Numbered from the stretch's first letter, positions 9,915 to 19,770 are shown. The stretch: DNA of 64,000 nucleotides from Gemmatimonadaceae bacterium (GCA_045803545.1 JBJMOW010000004.1:1088001-1152000), one strand, 5' to 3'. Notes: generated from the sequence alone by a model not told the origin. Numbers and translations are program-made.

Positions 9915-10265
9915 TCAATGCGGTGTGATGTGCTCTGGCTTCCGCTCGCGGACCGGCAGCGCTGCCAGGCGATCGTGCTCGGCCTTTTCCGAAAGAAGTC
10001 TGGCAACGAAGCGATGCCCTTCTGAGAGCCGCTCGACTTCCACCGAGAGCACGTCCATCGCCTGCATTATCTGTTGAAATTGCGGCGAGCCGGAAACTTC
10101 TTTCGCCAGTTCGCTGGCAACACGGCTCGCCGATCTGCGGCTGGCGAGATGACTGCCGATCCAAGCGCCGACGAATCCAGCGACTAAAGCCACGCCTCCG
10201 GCGAGGCTGAAGAGCACGATGTAATGCTCTCGCAGTGTGCCGAAAAAGACCTGGGGAAAATTCAT
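9915..10265 (-). CDS. Hypothetical single-TM coiled-coil protein, paralog of 41485..41784
   Basis: GAGG RBS before ATG at 10265; TM then MDVLSVEVERLSEGHRFVARLLSE. Confidence 0.75.
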   Translation of the reverse strand: MNFPQVFFGTLREHYIVLFSLAGGVALVAGFVGAWIGSHLASRRSASRVASELAKEVSGSPQFQQIMQAMDVLSVEVERLSEGHRFVARLLSEKAEHDRLAALPVRERKPEHITPH

Positions 10266-10311
10266 CGTTGCCTCAAATTGGAAGTATGACTCTCTTCCTA
10301 CGAGCGGCGAT

Positions 10312-11349
10312 CTAAAAAAGAGTCGGCTGCTGCGAGTTGGAGTTCGTCGTCGGGGGGTTGAACCCGAAATGCCGATACGCTTGCGCGGTAGCCACGCGTC
10401 CGCGTGGCGTGCGCTGCAGGAATCCGTTCTGGACCAGGAACGGCTCGTAGACTTCCTCGAGGGTTCCCGCATCCTCGCCGATAGCGGCGGCGATGGTGCC
10501 GACACCAACAGGTCCTCCTTCGAACTTCTCGATGATGGTCTTGAGGATGCGCGTGTCCATGTCGTCGAGGCCGAGCTGATCGACTTCAAGTAAAACGAGG
10601 GCGTCAGCGGCGACCTTGCGGGTGATCTTTCCGCCCGCCCGCACCTGCGCAAAATCGCGAATGCGGCGGAGCAGGCGATTGGCGACACGCGGAGTGCCGC
10701 GCGCTCTCTTCGCGATTTCCTGCGCTCCGTCATCGTCGATCTCCACCTGCATCACCTCGGCGGTGCGGTGGACAATCTGCTCGAGATCAGCGGCGGGATA
10801 GAAGTTGAGCCGCTGTTCGATTCCGAAACGCGCACGCATCGGCGGCGTCAGCATCCCGAGTCGCGTGGTCGCGCCGATAAGCGTGAACTTCTCGATCGGC
10901 ATCGTGATCGTTTGCGCCTTCGGTCCTTCAGAGAGGCGGATCTCGATCTTGTAATCCTCCATCGCCGGATAGAGAAACTCTTCGATGATGGGTTTCAGTC
11001 GATGAATCTCATCGATGAACAGGATGTCACCTTCTCTGAGATTGGTGAGCGTCCCGACCAAATCTCCCGGCTTCTCGAGCGCCGGTCCCGAAGTGGTTCG
11101 GATATTCACGCCGAGCTCTCTCGCGATCAGCTCGGCGAGCGTGGTCTTGCCGAGTCCAGGCGGTCCGAAGAAAAGCGTATGGTCGAGCGGGTCGCGGCGG
11201 GCGAGCGCGGCGTCGATGTAAATGCGCAGAGACTCCTTTACGCGATCCTGGCCAATGAACTCGGACAGGCGCTGGGGTCTGAGTGAGAGCTCGACTACGC
11301 TCTCTTCTACGATGATTTCCGGGGTGGTGATTTCAGCTCGGGTCATCAC
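10312..11349 (-). CDS. ruvB: Holliday junction branch migration ATPase RuvB
   Basis: [48 protein letters not shown]. Confidence 0.98.
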   Translation of the reverse strand: MMTRAEITTPEIIVEESVVELSLRPQRLSEFIGQDRVKESLRIYIDAALARRDPLDHTLFFGPPGLGKTTLAELIARELGVNIRTTSGPALEKPGDLVGTLTNLREGDILFIDEIHRLKPIIEEFLYPAMEDYKIEIRLSEGPKAQTITMPIEKFTLIGATTRLGMLTPPMRARFGIEQRLNFYPAADLEQIVHRTAEVMQVEIDDDGAQEIAKRARGTPRVANRLLRRIRDFAQVRAGGKITRKVAADALVLLEVDQLGLDDMDTRILKTIIEKFEGGPVGVGTIAAAIGEDAGTLEEVYEPFLVQNGFLQRTPRGRVATAQAYRHFGFNPPTTNSNSQQPTLF

Positions 11350-11641
11350 GTCAAAGGATCACACTGTCCGTATGCGATTCGGTATCCCAGAAATGTACCC
11401 GAAGATAGACCGAAATTCGAGAGCGGGTGTTGCGCCGCCTCGGAAATCATCCGCCGTAAAAACTATCCCCACAAACGCTTCCGGGAAATGTAGGACAACC
11501 GCTGACACCGCCCGTGCCGAAACGGTGACTCGTTTCACCTCCCGGGACGACGCCGCGAGCCGTTCGACCGCACTACCCTGGTGCAAACCAAATCGGCCGG
11601 CTGTTATGAACACAACGACTTTATTTGCCAGGGAGCCATTC

Positions 11642-12082
11642 ATGGCTCCTGACTCCCGGAGCCAGAGACCCCTCCTGATTCTCGTCGCCGCGCCATACCG
11701 CTCGGGTACTGACGATGATCCGTGGCTCGTCGATGCGAATGTGGCGGTGATGGCGGAGGTCTCTCTCAGATTGCTGAGAGCCGGACACCTTCCGGTCGTT
11801 AGCGAGTGGCTAGCACTTCCGCTCATCGAGCACGCCGGCTCCGGGCAAATCGGCGATCAGATCTTCAACAGTATTTTCGAAACGGTCGCCGCCGAGCTGC
11901 TCGATAAATGCGATGCGATCCTCCGCATCGGTGGACCTTCAGAAGACGCCGACGATGTCGTCGCTACAGCCTGGAATCGCGGGAAGACAGTCTACTTCGC
12001 GCTCGAAGATGTTCCGCCGGTCCATACCGCTGCTATTTCAATAAATCGTGGGCGACGACGTAGCGCACGAGGTCCTGCTTAG
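11642..12082 (+). CDS. DUF4406-like / nucleoside deoxyribosyltransferase-like fold protein
   Basis: ILVAAPYRSGT, GHLPVV.EWLALP, CDAILRIGGPSE.AD; GGGAG RBS. Confidence 0.7.
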   Translation: MAPDSRSQRPLLILVAAPYRSGTDDDPWLVDANVAVMAEVSLRLLRAGHLPVVSEWLALPLIEHAGSGQIGDQIFNSIFETVAAELLDKCDAILRIGGPSEDADDVVATAWNRGKTVYFALEDVPPVHTAAISINRGRRRSARGPA

Positions 12083-12665
12083 TCTTGAGTCCCATCTTCT
12101 CGAGTAGCCGGGTCCGGTAGGTACTCACCGTCTTCGCGCTCAACCCCAGTTGGGCGGCGACGTCTTTCACCATCATCCCGCTGCCAAGCGCGCGCAGCAC
12201 CTCGAACTCGCGATCGCTGAGGCTTTCGTGCACCGCGCGGTTCTGGCCACTGTCGATCATATCGGCCAGACGCTCTGCCATCGACTCGCTCACGTACTTG
12301 CCGCCGCGCGCCACCCGTCCAATTGCGAGTACCAGCTGCTCGGGTGATCGATCCTTGGTGAGATAGCCGCTCGCACCGGCTCGCAAAGACCGTCCGGCCC
12401 ATTGATCTTCCGGGTGCGCGCTGATCACTAGCAGCTTCACACTCGGATGCTCTCGCCGCAGATCCTTGAGCGTGTCGATGTAGGTCGCGCCAGGCATGCT
12501 GACGTCGAGCAACACGACGTCGACGGCGGCCGCCGCGAGCAAACGAAACAGCTCCACTGCGCTCGACGCTTCGCCAACCACCGAAATGCCCGGATGCTCG
12601 CTGACGATGCGTCGAAGACCTTCACGAACAATCGGATGATCATCCGCTATGGCGACTCGAATCAC
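12033..12665 (-). CDS. NarL/FixJ family response regulator (REC + LuxR HTH)
   Basis: IADDHPIVREGL, LLDVSMPG, LSDREFEV, LSAKTVSTYRTR. Confidence 0.93.
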   Translation of the reverse strand: MIRVAIADDHPIVREGLRRIVSEHPGISVVGEASSAVELFRLLAAAAVDVVLLDVSMPGATYIDTLKDLRREHPSVKLLVISAHPEDQWAGRSLRAGASGYLTKDRSPEQLVLAIGRVARGGKYVSESMAERLADMIDSGQNRAVHESLSDREFEVLRALGSGMMVKDVAAQLGLSAKTVSTYRTRLLEKMGLKTKQDLVRYVVAHDLLK

Positions 12666-13786
12666 GCTGGTGCCTCGGCGAGCGGCACGCGCAACAACAC
12701 TTTCGTTCCCAGATCGGGAATGCCGGTGATGGTGAATTCGCCGCCGCATGCAAGTGCTCGCTCGCGCATCCCGACGACGCCGAGCGAGCGGGTGCCACCC
12801 AGGCGCTCGAAGGATGCGCCGACGCCATTGTCAGCAACCTCGAGCGTGAGTAGCGAAGGTGTCTGATCGAGCCGGATCCAGACGTTGGTCGCCTGCGCGT
12901 GGCGCAGTACATTGGTCAGCGATTCCTGCAGGATCCGAAAAACAGGACTGCCGAGATGGTCGGGGATCGGCGTGTCATCGCTATGAATCTCGACCGAGAC
13001 ATCGATGCCTGTGCGTGCGCGAAACTCCTGCCCCTGCCACTCCAGCGCCGCTGTCAGGCCCAGCTGGTCGAGAATGCTCGGCCGCAGCTCGGTGGCGATG
13101 CGACGCACCGCGGTCAGTGTTTGATCGATACGCTCAATGACCGAACCGCACTGGGCCATCATCGCGTGGTCGCGTGGCAGCCGATGCTTCATCCACGCGA
13201 TGTCGAGTTTGAGTCCGGTGAGGGCTTGCCCAAGCTCGTCGTGAATCTCGCGCGCGATTTCGGTGCGTTCCTCCTCGCGCACTGTCTGCAGGCGCGTGGC
13301 GAGGGCGCGGAGCTGTTCCGCGGACGCGCGGATCTGCTCGGTGGCGAGATGTTTGTCGGTGATGTCGCGCTGAATACCGAAATGTCCCGCGATCCGACCG
13401 CGATCATCGTGAATGACCATGTAGTCGCCCTCGATCCGCATCGGCGTCCCGTCGAGCCGTCTCTCGTCCGTTTCGGTATGCAGGTAACCGGCATCGAAGA
13501 ACTCGCGCCAGCGATCGCGCGCTGTTGCGACATCATGCGCAAAGAACTGCGCCGGGGTCATCCCGAGGAGATCAGATGGTGCTGCCGCATTGAACTGAGC
13601 AAGGATTGCGGCGTTGACCTTGGTCATCCGCTGATGCTCGAACACGTAGTCGAGCACTCTCTCCTTGTCGACGCCGGCTCTCCACTCGACCGGTTCGTCC
13701 AGCATCATGAAAAAGAACCCGTCGAGGGACTGTGAGAAGAACAGTTCCAGCAGTCGCTCATTCTCGATGCCCGCGGGTACTGCCAT
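12662..13786 (-). CDS. Cytoplasmic PAS-domain sensor histidine kinase (HisKA_3)
   Basis: PAS/PAC ending GIQRDIT, EERTEIAREIHDELGQ, QESLTNVLRHA, DNGVG, G..GMRERA. Confidence 0.92.
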   Translation of the reverse strand: MAVPAGIENERLLELFFSQSLDGFFFMMLDEPVEWRAGVDKERVLDYVFEHQRMTKVNAAILAQFNAAAPSDLLGMTPAQFFAHDVATARDRWREFFDAGYLHTETDERRLDGTPMRIEGDYMVIHDDRGRIAGHFGIQRDITDKHLATEQIRASAEQLRALATRLQTVREEERTEIAREIHDELGQALTGLKLDIAWMKHRLPRDHAMMAQCGSVIERIDQTLTAVRRIATELRPSILDQLGLTAALEWQGQEFRARTGIDVSVEIHSDDTPIPDHLGSPVFRILQESLTNVLRHAQATNVWIRLDQTPSLLTLEVADNGVGASFERLGGTRSLGVVGMRERALACGGEFTITGIPDLGTKVLLRVPLAEAPA

Positions 13787-13840
13787 GGAACGGTGCCATG
13801 GATTGGGAGTGTTAAAAGGTACGCCTCGTATCATCTGAAT

Positions 13841-13878
13841 ACAAAGAGGGCCGAGCTTTGCGGCTCGACCCCCTTTGT
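13841..13878 (-). terminator. Intrinsic terminator
   Basis: Hairpin GGGGTCGAGC-cgcaaa-GCTCGGCCCT followed by CTTTGT on minus strand, just after stop at 13885. Confidence 0.6.
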
Positions 13879-13884
13879 CGGTGT

Positions 13885-14654
13885 TCAGAAAGCTTTCTTC
13901 GGTTCGCCATAAATCATATTGTCAAGGACAACGAGATCCGCCGTTCCGCCGTCGGTGATGTCGTTGACGCCTGCTGCCAGCGCCCCAGTGCCCAGGGTGA
14001 CTCGAACGCGGGCGATGATTGCGTCGGGGAAAGTGACGCCGAGGAAAGACAGGCCGGCGGCGTCGGACCGGACCGGAGCTGGAAAGCTCCCCAGGCTGGA
14101 GCCATCCTGCGCGAACAACTGAATAGTCGTCTTGTCGGCCACGTCGACATCGCTGAACACGATCCCGATGCCTCGTGTTACTGCCGGCGTCGGCTGCCCT
14201 GCGACTTCGAAGAGTTGGTCGAGCTGGTTGCTGCCGACTGGTGCGAAAATCTTGTTGGCGCTGAGAAGGCGAATTGCGCCGCGTACTCCGGATTGATCTC
14301 CGCGAAATCGGTCGAGTCGTTGCGGAAGCCAGTGCCCGACGTTGTGAAAACCGCGCCAGCCTTCACATTGGTGTTGAAGAAGTTCGCCGGAAAATCGTTT
14401 TTGTTGTCGAACGGATTCGCGCCGGCGCCGTCCCAGTTGATTTCCCGCCTGCCCGTCGGTTGCTCACCGGCGACTGCGCCGTTGGCGACTCCGAGCACGT
14501 TGCGGAACTCGTCAACCTTAGTGGCGATTGCACCGGTGGCCGAATAGACCGTTGCCTGAGGGCCAGGCGGTGGCGGTGGTGGTGCTGCGACCTTGTCGCT
14601 GCCACACGCGACGATTCCAGCAAGGGTCGCGAGGGTTATAAGCGTTTTAAGCAT
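13885..14654 (-). pseudogene. Frameshifted exported lipoprotein gene (pseudogene or sequencing error)
   Basis: ORFs 14178..14654 and 13885..14160 join into one reading frame if one T is added near 14264 (TTC TC AGC to TTC TTC AGC). Confidence 0.75.
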
Positions 14655-14781
14655 CTGCGTCTCCGAAGGGATTCGAAAACGCCAAGCTTAGATCGCTACA
14701 CGCGAGTGCAGGATCGGTACGATCGTTCGATTTGCAGTGATTTGCGGCGACGACGGATGTAGGACGGAGCCTTACACCGCG

Positions 14782-15951
14782 TCAGACGCGTGCCTGCAGA
14801 GCGACCAGTCTCTCGGCTGCCTTGGTCAGCGTCTCGATCTTCTTGCAGAACGCGAAGCGCGTGACGGACTTGCCGAGCTCCGGTCGGGAATAAAAGCTCA
14901 TCCCCGGCACCGTCGCGACGCCGACCTCTTTTGCCAACCACATGGCGAAATCCTTCGACTCGAGATCCGAGAACTCGGAGAAGTCGGCAAGTATATAGTA
15001 TGCGCCCTCGGGCGCGGCGTACTTGAAGCCGGCTTCATCGAGGGCGGAGCACATGATGTCGCGCCGCGCCCGATACTCGAGCGCGAGATGGTTGTAATAA
15101 TCGGAGTCGAACGCCATTCCGATTGCGCCGGCTGCCTGCAGCGGCGCGGGCGCACCCACCGTCAAAAAGTCGTGAACTTTCCGAATCGGGGACGAGAGCT
15201 CGTACGGCGCGATTGCGTAGCCAAGTCGCCAGCCGGTGCACGAAAAAGTCTTGGATAAACCGGAGATGGTTACCGTGCGTTCGCGCATTCCAGGCCAGGT
15301 CGCCAGCACGTGATGACCACCAGCGTAGCGAATGTGCTCGTAAATCTCGTCGGTAACAGCGATCACATCGAACTTCTGACACAGCTCTGCGATCAATGAG
15401 ATCTCTTCGCGTGTAAAGACCCGTCCCGTCGGATTGTGCGGCGTGTTGACGATGATCGCGCGCGTCCTGTCGTTGAACGCAGCGCGCAGCTTGTCCGGAT
15501 CAATCTTCCAGTCCGGTGCCTCCATCGGTACGAAGACTGGTTTTGCACCGGCGAGAATCGCGTCAGGTCCGTAGTTCTCGTAATACGGCTCGAACACGAT
15601 CACCTCGTCGCCGGGATCGACGAGCGCGAGAAAAACTGACGCCATCGCCTCCGTTGCCCCGCAGCAGACGGTGATCTCGCGCTCCGGATCGACTTCCATG
15701 TCGTACCATTGCCGGTACTTCTCGGCGATCGCGACGCGGAGCGCGGGACTGCCCCACGTGATTGCGTACTGATTGACGTCGCCCTTGATCGCCGCGCACG
15801 CCGCGTCCTTCATCGGCTCGGGCATCGGGAAATCGGGGAAGCCCTGCGCGAGATTGATCGCGCCGTACTGATTGGAGATCCGCGTCATCTCGCGGATCAC
15901 CGACTCCGTGAACGTTTGTGCGCGGGCGGCGGTCGCCGCTCTTTTCGACAT
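14782..15951 (-). CDS. PLP-dependent class I/II aminotransferase (YbdL/aspartate aminotransferase-like)
   Basis: INLAQGFPDF, NTPHNPTG, DEIYEH, SKTFSCTGWRLGY; start 15951 or 15990. Confidence 0.92.
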   Translation of the reverse strand: MSKRAATAARAQTFTESVIREMTRISNQYGAINLAQGFPDFPMPEPMKDAACAAIKGDVNQYAITWGSPALRVAIAEKYRQWYDMEVDPEREITVCCGATEAMASVFLALVDPGDEVIVFEPYYENYGPDAILAGAKPVFVPMEAPDWKIDPDKLRAAFNDRTRAIIVNTPHNPTGRVFTREEISLIAELCQKFDVIAVTDEIYEHIRYAGGHHVLATWPGMRERTVTISGLSKTFSCTGWRLGYAIAPYELSSPIRKVHDFLTVGAPAPLQAAGAIGMAFDSDYYNHLALEYRARRDIMCSALDEAGFKYAAPEGAYYILADFSEFSDLESKDFAMWLAKEVGVATVPGMSFYSRPELGKSVTRFAFCKKIETLTKAAERLVALQARV

Positions 15952-15973
15952 CGCCGCCGAGTCTGTCACCGAG

Positions 15974-16384
15974 CTATTGCTGCCCGGCACCCTTCGACAT
16001 CACCTCGATCACGCCGCTGGCACCACCCTTGATTCCGAACCTCGCCCCGGCCTGAGTTACGTCGTAGTAGTGAAGCGTTCCGACGTTGTAACCCGCGATG
16101 TTCTTCAGCGAATTGACATCGCCGTATTGCTGGCCATCAACGAAAACCACGGGGTAATTCGTACCCGCATTGTAGTAACCCGACGTCGGGCCCTTTGGCG
16201 CGAGCCAGTTCGGTCTCAGCCGCGCGATTGCATCATACGCCGTCGTCGCATCCGCATGCGCCTGAGTCATTTCCTCGGCGGTTAGAACAGCCTGGCTTTG
16301 CCGAGCAATACCAGGATTCGCGCCCGTGGTCGCGCAGCCGAGAACAACTGCCGCTGTGAGTATGTAGAAGTATCTCGATGACAT
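15974..16384 (-). CDS. Lipoprotein consisting of a stand-alone TonB-dependent receptor plug-like domain
   Basis: Lipobox VLGC; LTAEEM...AYDAI..LRP, PVVFVDG, FG....SGVIEV; GAGG RBS. Confidence 0.75.
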   Translation of the reverse strand: MSSRYFYILTAAVVLGCATTGANPGIARQSQAVLTAEEMTQAHADATTAYDAIARLRPNWLAPKGPTSGYYNAGTNYPVVFVDGQQYGDVNSLKNIAGYNVGTLHYYDVTQAGARFGIKGGASGVIEVMSKGAGQQ

Positions 16385-16529
16385 TGGTAAATCCTCCCTC
16401 GTTCCGCCTTCGTGAAGGTGCAGTTGGAACCGCTCGTTTGCAACCTTACCCTACGAGCGGATCTGTCATCCAGTTTGACAATCGCAAAGGCAGTAGCGAT
16501 GATGGCAAAATCAAACTCGGGCGGGATCA

Positions 16530-16616
16530 ATGAGCGTCAGCGTCATCGTCGGAATCGTCGTCGCAATCGTTGTCATCGGGCTGCTCTGGCGTCGGGGAAA
16601 GCCGCCAGTACCGTAA
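16530..16616 (+). CDS. 28-aa single-TM small protein (unannotated)
   Basis: MSVSVIVGIVVAIVVIGLLWRRGKPPVP; TTGACA at 16475-16480 upstream; fills intergenic gap. Confidence 0.5.
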   Translation: MSVSVIVGIVVAIVVIGLLWRRGKPPVP

Positions 16617-16622
16617 GCCCAG

Positions 16623-17018
16623 CTATTGCCGGGTCGTAACGTCGATTACTCCGCTTCCCGCGGTCATCCCGAACTTGCCCCCGGCCATTGTCGCATCGTA
16701 GTACCTGACCATCGACACCTGGCTGGGAATCAGGCTGCGTAAAGAAGTGATGTCTCCGTACTGCCGGCCGTCGACGTAGACCAGCGGATAATCACTCGCG
16801 GTGCTCCCGCCAAGCGTTGACTGACCACGGGAGCGCAGCATGTTTGGACGAACCTTCGATACCAGATCGTACAGATTGTTGGCCGGAACGGCCCGAATCT
16901 CCTCTTCCGTAATGACGTTGCGGTCCCCGGCGCCCGGCGTGATCGCCGCCCGATCGGATTTGGGGCTGGATGCGCACGCCCCCACCATCACCAGCGCGAT
17001 GAGATAACTCTTCTTCAT
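16623..17018 (-). CDS. Lipoprotein consisting of a stand-alone TonB plug-like domain
   Basis: Lipobox VGAC; VITEEEI, LYDLV..VRP, PLVYVDG, FG..AGSGVIDVTTR; GGAGGAG RBS. Confidence 0.8.
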   Translation of the reverse strand: MKKSYLIALVMVGACASSPKSDRAAITPGAGDRNVITEEEIRAVPANNLYDLVSKVRPNMLRSRGQSTLGGSTASDYPLVYVDGRQYGDITSLRSLIPSQVSMVRYYDATMAGGKFGMTAGSGVIDVTTRQ

Positions 17019-17039
17019 CGTTTCACTCCTCCAAAAAGT

Positions 17040-17525
17040 TCAGCTTGCGACCCGCTTCGCTTCCCACGCACTTAGCAGCCAACGGCCTTCCCGCCGCACG
17101 TAGATCTCGGTGAAACGAACCGTGACTTTGCTCGAGCCCTTGGCATCGCGCACATGCTGCTCCGCGCGTCCCGTCGCGAGTGCGAGTCCGTGATACACCC
17201 GCACCCGAACGTCGTGAGCCGCGATCGAGTCGTACACAGTCGAACGCTTCTTGATTGCGTTGAGGAATTCCGTTCTCGACTGGATCGACCCCTTGCCAGG
17301 AACGTAGGTGAGCTCTTCGTCGAGGAGAGTGTCCAACGCGACGACATCGCGGTTCATCATCGCCTCGAATCGCTGCTGCTCGGCGACTCGCACTTCACCC
17401 TCGGCTACCAGCGTAGCCAGCGCCTTGCTGGAGGTGTGGCCGCGCAGCGACAGCCGCAGGATGCTGGGCCGAGCGCAACCGCCGAGCAGTGCGACGAGCA
17501 GGACCGCCGAAGCAGCGCGTGTCAT
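17040..17525 (-). CDS. DUF4440 / NTF2-like (SnoaL-like) lipoprotein
   Basis: Lipobox LGGC; DVVALDTLLDEEL, VRFTEIYVRREGRWLL. Confidence 0.8.
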   Translation of the reverse strand: MTRAASAVLLVALLGGCARPSILRLSLRGHTSSKALATLVAEGEVRVAEQQRFEAMMNRDVVALDTLLDEELTYVPGKGSIQSRTEFLNAIKKRSTVYDSIAAHDVRVRVYHGLALATGRAEQHVRDAKGSSKVTVRFTEIYVRREGRWLLSAWEAKRVAS

Positions 17526-17915
17526 CTATCGCGTTCTGATCTCGATGACGCCATTGCCATACTGCATTCCATACCGCGTCACTGACTCATTAGATGGCAG
17601 ATAGCGAATTTCCTTGATGTTGATCGAGGGGATGTTGCCCAGGCTGTTCAGGTCACCGTAAAACTGGCTGTCGACAAACACCGCCGCGTATTCGCTGGCG
17701 ACAGACGGCGCGGTCTGGATCGTGGTACGCCCACGGGTCTTCAGATACTGGGGGCGCAGATGACTGATTACGTCGTACGCATTGACGCCATTCTGGGCGG
17801 TAATCTCGCTTTGGGAGATCACGTTGTAGTCCTTTGCCCGATGACTCGTCGCGCCGGCGCTGGCGCAGGCGGCGAGCCCAACCGCCGCCAAAACGTGGAA
17901 AGACTTCCTCAACAT
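17526..17915 (-). CDS. Lipoprotein consisting of a stand-alone TonB plug-like domain
   Basis: Lipobox LAAC; VISQSEI, AYDVI..LRP, IKEIRYL, RYG..YGNGVIEIRTR. Confidence 0.8.
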   Translation of the reverse strand: MLRKSFHVLAAVGLAACASAGATSHRAKDYNVISQSEITAQNGVNAYDVISHLRPQYLKTRGRTTIQTAPSVASEYAAVFVDSQFYGDLNSLGNIPSINIKEIRYLPSNESVTRYGMQYGNGVIEIRTR

Positions 17916-18515
17916 TTACTTACCTCCGAGTTTCGATAATGCTGTCCTGATCAATTCTGCCGCCGACTTTCCCCCGCCGCCAGCATCCAGCGCTGCCCGG
18001 ACACCCCGTTCCGCGTCAGCGTTGGTATAGCCCAGCGAGACCAGCGCCCGCATCGCATCGTCAGCGGCTGCCGAGGCTGGTGCCGTGCTGGCTCCGGTTG
18101 TCTCGCCAAGCCCATCGAGCTTATCGCCCAGATCGAGAATCAGCCGCTCGGCTTTCTTCCTACCTACGCGAGGAACGCCCTGAAGTGTCGGAATGTCTTT
18201 TTCACGGATCGCGCGGATGAGGCGCGTTGCCGATAAAGCCGACAGCATGCCGATGGCGAGCGAGGGCCCGATGCCGTTTGCAGTGAGGAGCTTTTCGAAC
18301 AACCGCTTCTCGAACAAGCTCGTAAACCCGAACAGCTGCCACGAGTCTTCCTTCACCACCAGCGAAGTGTGAAGAAAGATGTCGTCTTCCAGCCGGGGGA
18401 GCGACTCGAACACGTTGAGCGGAATCGTCAGCTCGTAAGCGACTCCGCCGTCCGTCATCACTTCCACCGAATCGAGATCCTTCGCGACGAGCTTGCCTTT
18501 GAGCCGTGCGATCAA
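17916..18515 (-). CDS. ruvA: Holliday junction DNA-binding protein RuvA
   Basis: MIARLKGKL, GVAYEL, LFGF, ANGIGP, VPRVGRKKAERLILDL, ALVSLGY. Confidence 0.97.
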   Translation of the reverse strand: MIARLKGKLVAKDLDSVEVMTDGGVAYELTIPLNVFESLPRLEDDIFLHTSLVVKEDSWQLFGFTSLFEKRLFEKLLTANGIGPSLAIGMLSALSATRLIRAIREKDIPTLQGVPRVGRKKAERLILDLGDKLDGLGETTGASTAPASAAADDAMRALVSLGYTNADAERGVRAALDAGGGGKSAAELIRTALSKLGGK

Positions 18516-19033
18516 GCGAATCTCACAGGTTCGAGCTTCGGCAGCTCCGGCATCAGCGCAAAGGCGAGCGCCGCCGCTACTCCGTCAGCGGCGTCCGCCG
18601 GCTGGGGCGCAGATTTCAGTCGCAGCAACCGCGTCACCATGAATTGAATCTGCAGCTTGGTCGCCGCGCCGGTCCCCGCGACCGCTTTCTTGATCTCGGA
18701 CGGCGGATACTCGTGAATGTCGAGACCGGCTTGTACGCCCGCGAGCAAAATCACACCACGTGCGTGACCGAGCACGACCGTCGTGCGCACGTTCCGCGCG
18801 TAAAAGATGTCTTCGATCGATAGCACCGATGGCTGATGCCGTCGAATCAGCTCCGCGACACCATCGTGGATCTCGGCGAGTCGGCGCGGCAGATCGTCGC
18901 GGGGTCTCGTGCGAATGACCCCACACTCGATGAGGGTCAGCGGATGCCGACCTTCCTTGCGTACTACTCCGTAACCGGTGACGGCCGTGCCTGGATCAAT
19001 GCCGAGCACGGTAACTGGTCTGGCATCACGCAC
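18512..19033 (-). CDS. ruvC: Crossover junction endodeoxyribonuclease RuvC
   Basis: VLGIDPG, GHARGV, IKKAVAGTG.A.K, DAADGVA; GTG start about 19033. Confidence 0.96.
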   Translation of the reverse strand: MRDARPVTVLGIDPGTAVTGYGVVRKEGRHPLTLIECGVIRTRPRDDLPRRLAEIHDGVAELIRRHQPSVLSIEDIFYARNVRTTVVLGHARGVILLAGVQAGLDIHEYPPSEIKKAVAGTGAATKLQIQFMVTRLLRLKSAPQPADAADGVAAALAFALMPELPKLEPVRFA

Positions 19034-19769
19034 CGGACATTTGCTCGACGTCCATGTCGAAATTCGCAGAAACTTTCTGGACGTCGTCGAGATCCTCGAG
19101 CTCGTCGAGCAGCTTAACCAGTGACTCGGCGGTCTTGCCTTCGACGCGCACCGTCGACTTTGGAATGAACGCAACCTCGGCTTCAACGGTCTCGATGCCT
19201 GCTTTCCTGATCGCGTCTTCGACCGTGTGAACGCCATGCGGGTCGGTCGTCACCACGAACTGCTCGCCCTCCGCTTTGAAATCTTCCGCGCCGGCGTCGA
19301 GCGCGACCTCGAGTACCTTGTCTTCTTCGTACTTGGTCCCGTCGATGTAGATCTGGCCTTTCCGATCGAAGAGGTATGATACGGAGCCAGTTGAACCGAG
19401 ATTCCCGCCGAGTCGCGACATCTTGTGTCTGATGTCCGCAACGGTACGCGTCGGATTGTCGCTGAGTGCCGAGATGAGAATTGCGACGCCGCCGGGACCG
19501 TAGCCTTCGTATTGGACTTCGGTGTACTGCACACCCTCGAGGTCTCCTGTCCCTTTTTTGATCGCGCGCTCGATATTCTCCTTCGGCATCGAGGCGGCTT
19601 TCGCCGCGTCGATCGCTGTTCGCAATCTGGGATTTCCGTCAGGATCACCGCCGCCGATCTTGGCAGCCATCGTGATCTCTCGAATCAGCTTGGTGAAATG
19701 GGCGCCGCGCTTGGCATCAGCGGCAGCTTTGTAATGCTTGATTTGCTTCCACTTACTATGGCCGGCCAT
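19026..19769 (-). CDS. yebC: YebC/PmpR family regulator
   Basis: MAGHSKW, NPRLR, YEGYGPGG, DDVQKV.AN. Confidence 0.96.
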   Translation of the reverse strand: MAGHSKWKQIKHYKAAADAKRGAHFTKLIREITMAAKIGGGDPDGNPRLRTAIDAAKAASMPKENIERAIKKGTGDLEGVQYTEVQYEGYGPGGVAILISALSDNPTRTVADIRHKMSRLGGNLGSTGSVSYLFDRKGQIYIDGTKYEEDKVLEVALDAGAEDFKAEGEQFVVTTDPHGVHTVEDAIRKAGIETVEAEVAFIPKSTVRVEGKTAESLVKLLDELEDLDDVQKVSANFDMDVEQMSGA

Positions 19770-19770
19770 G

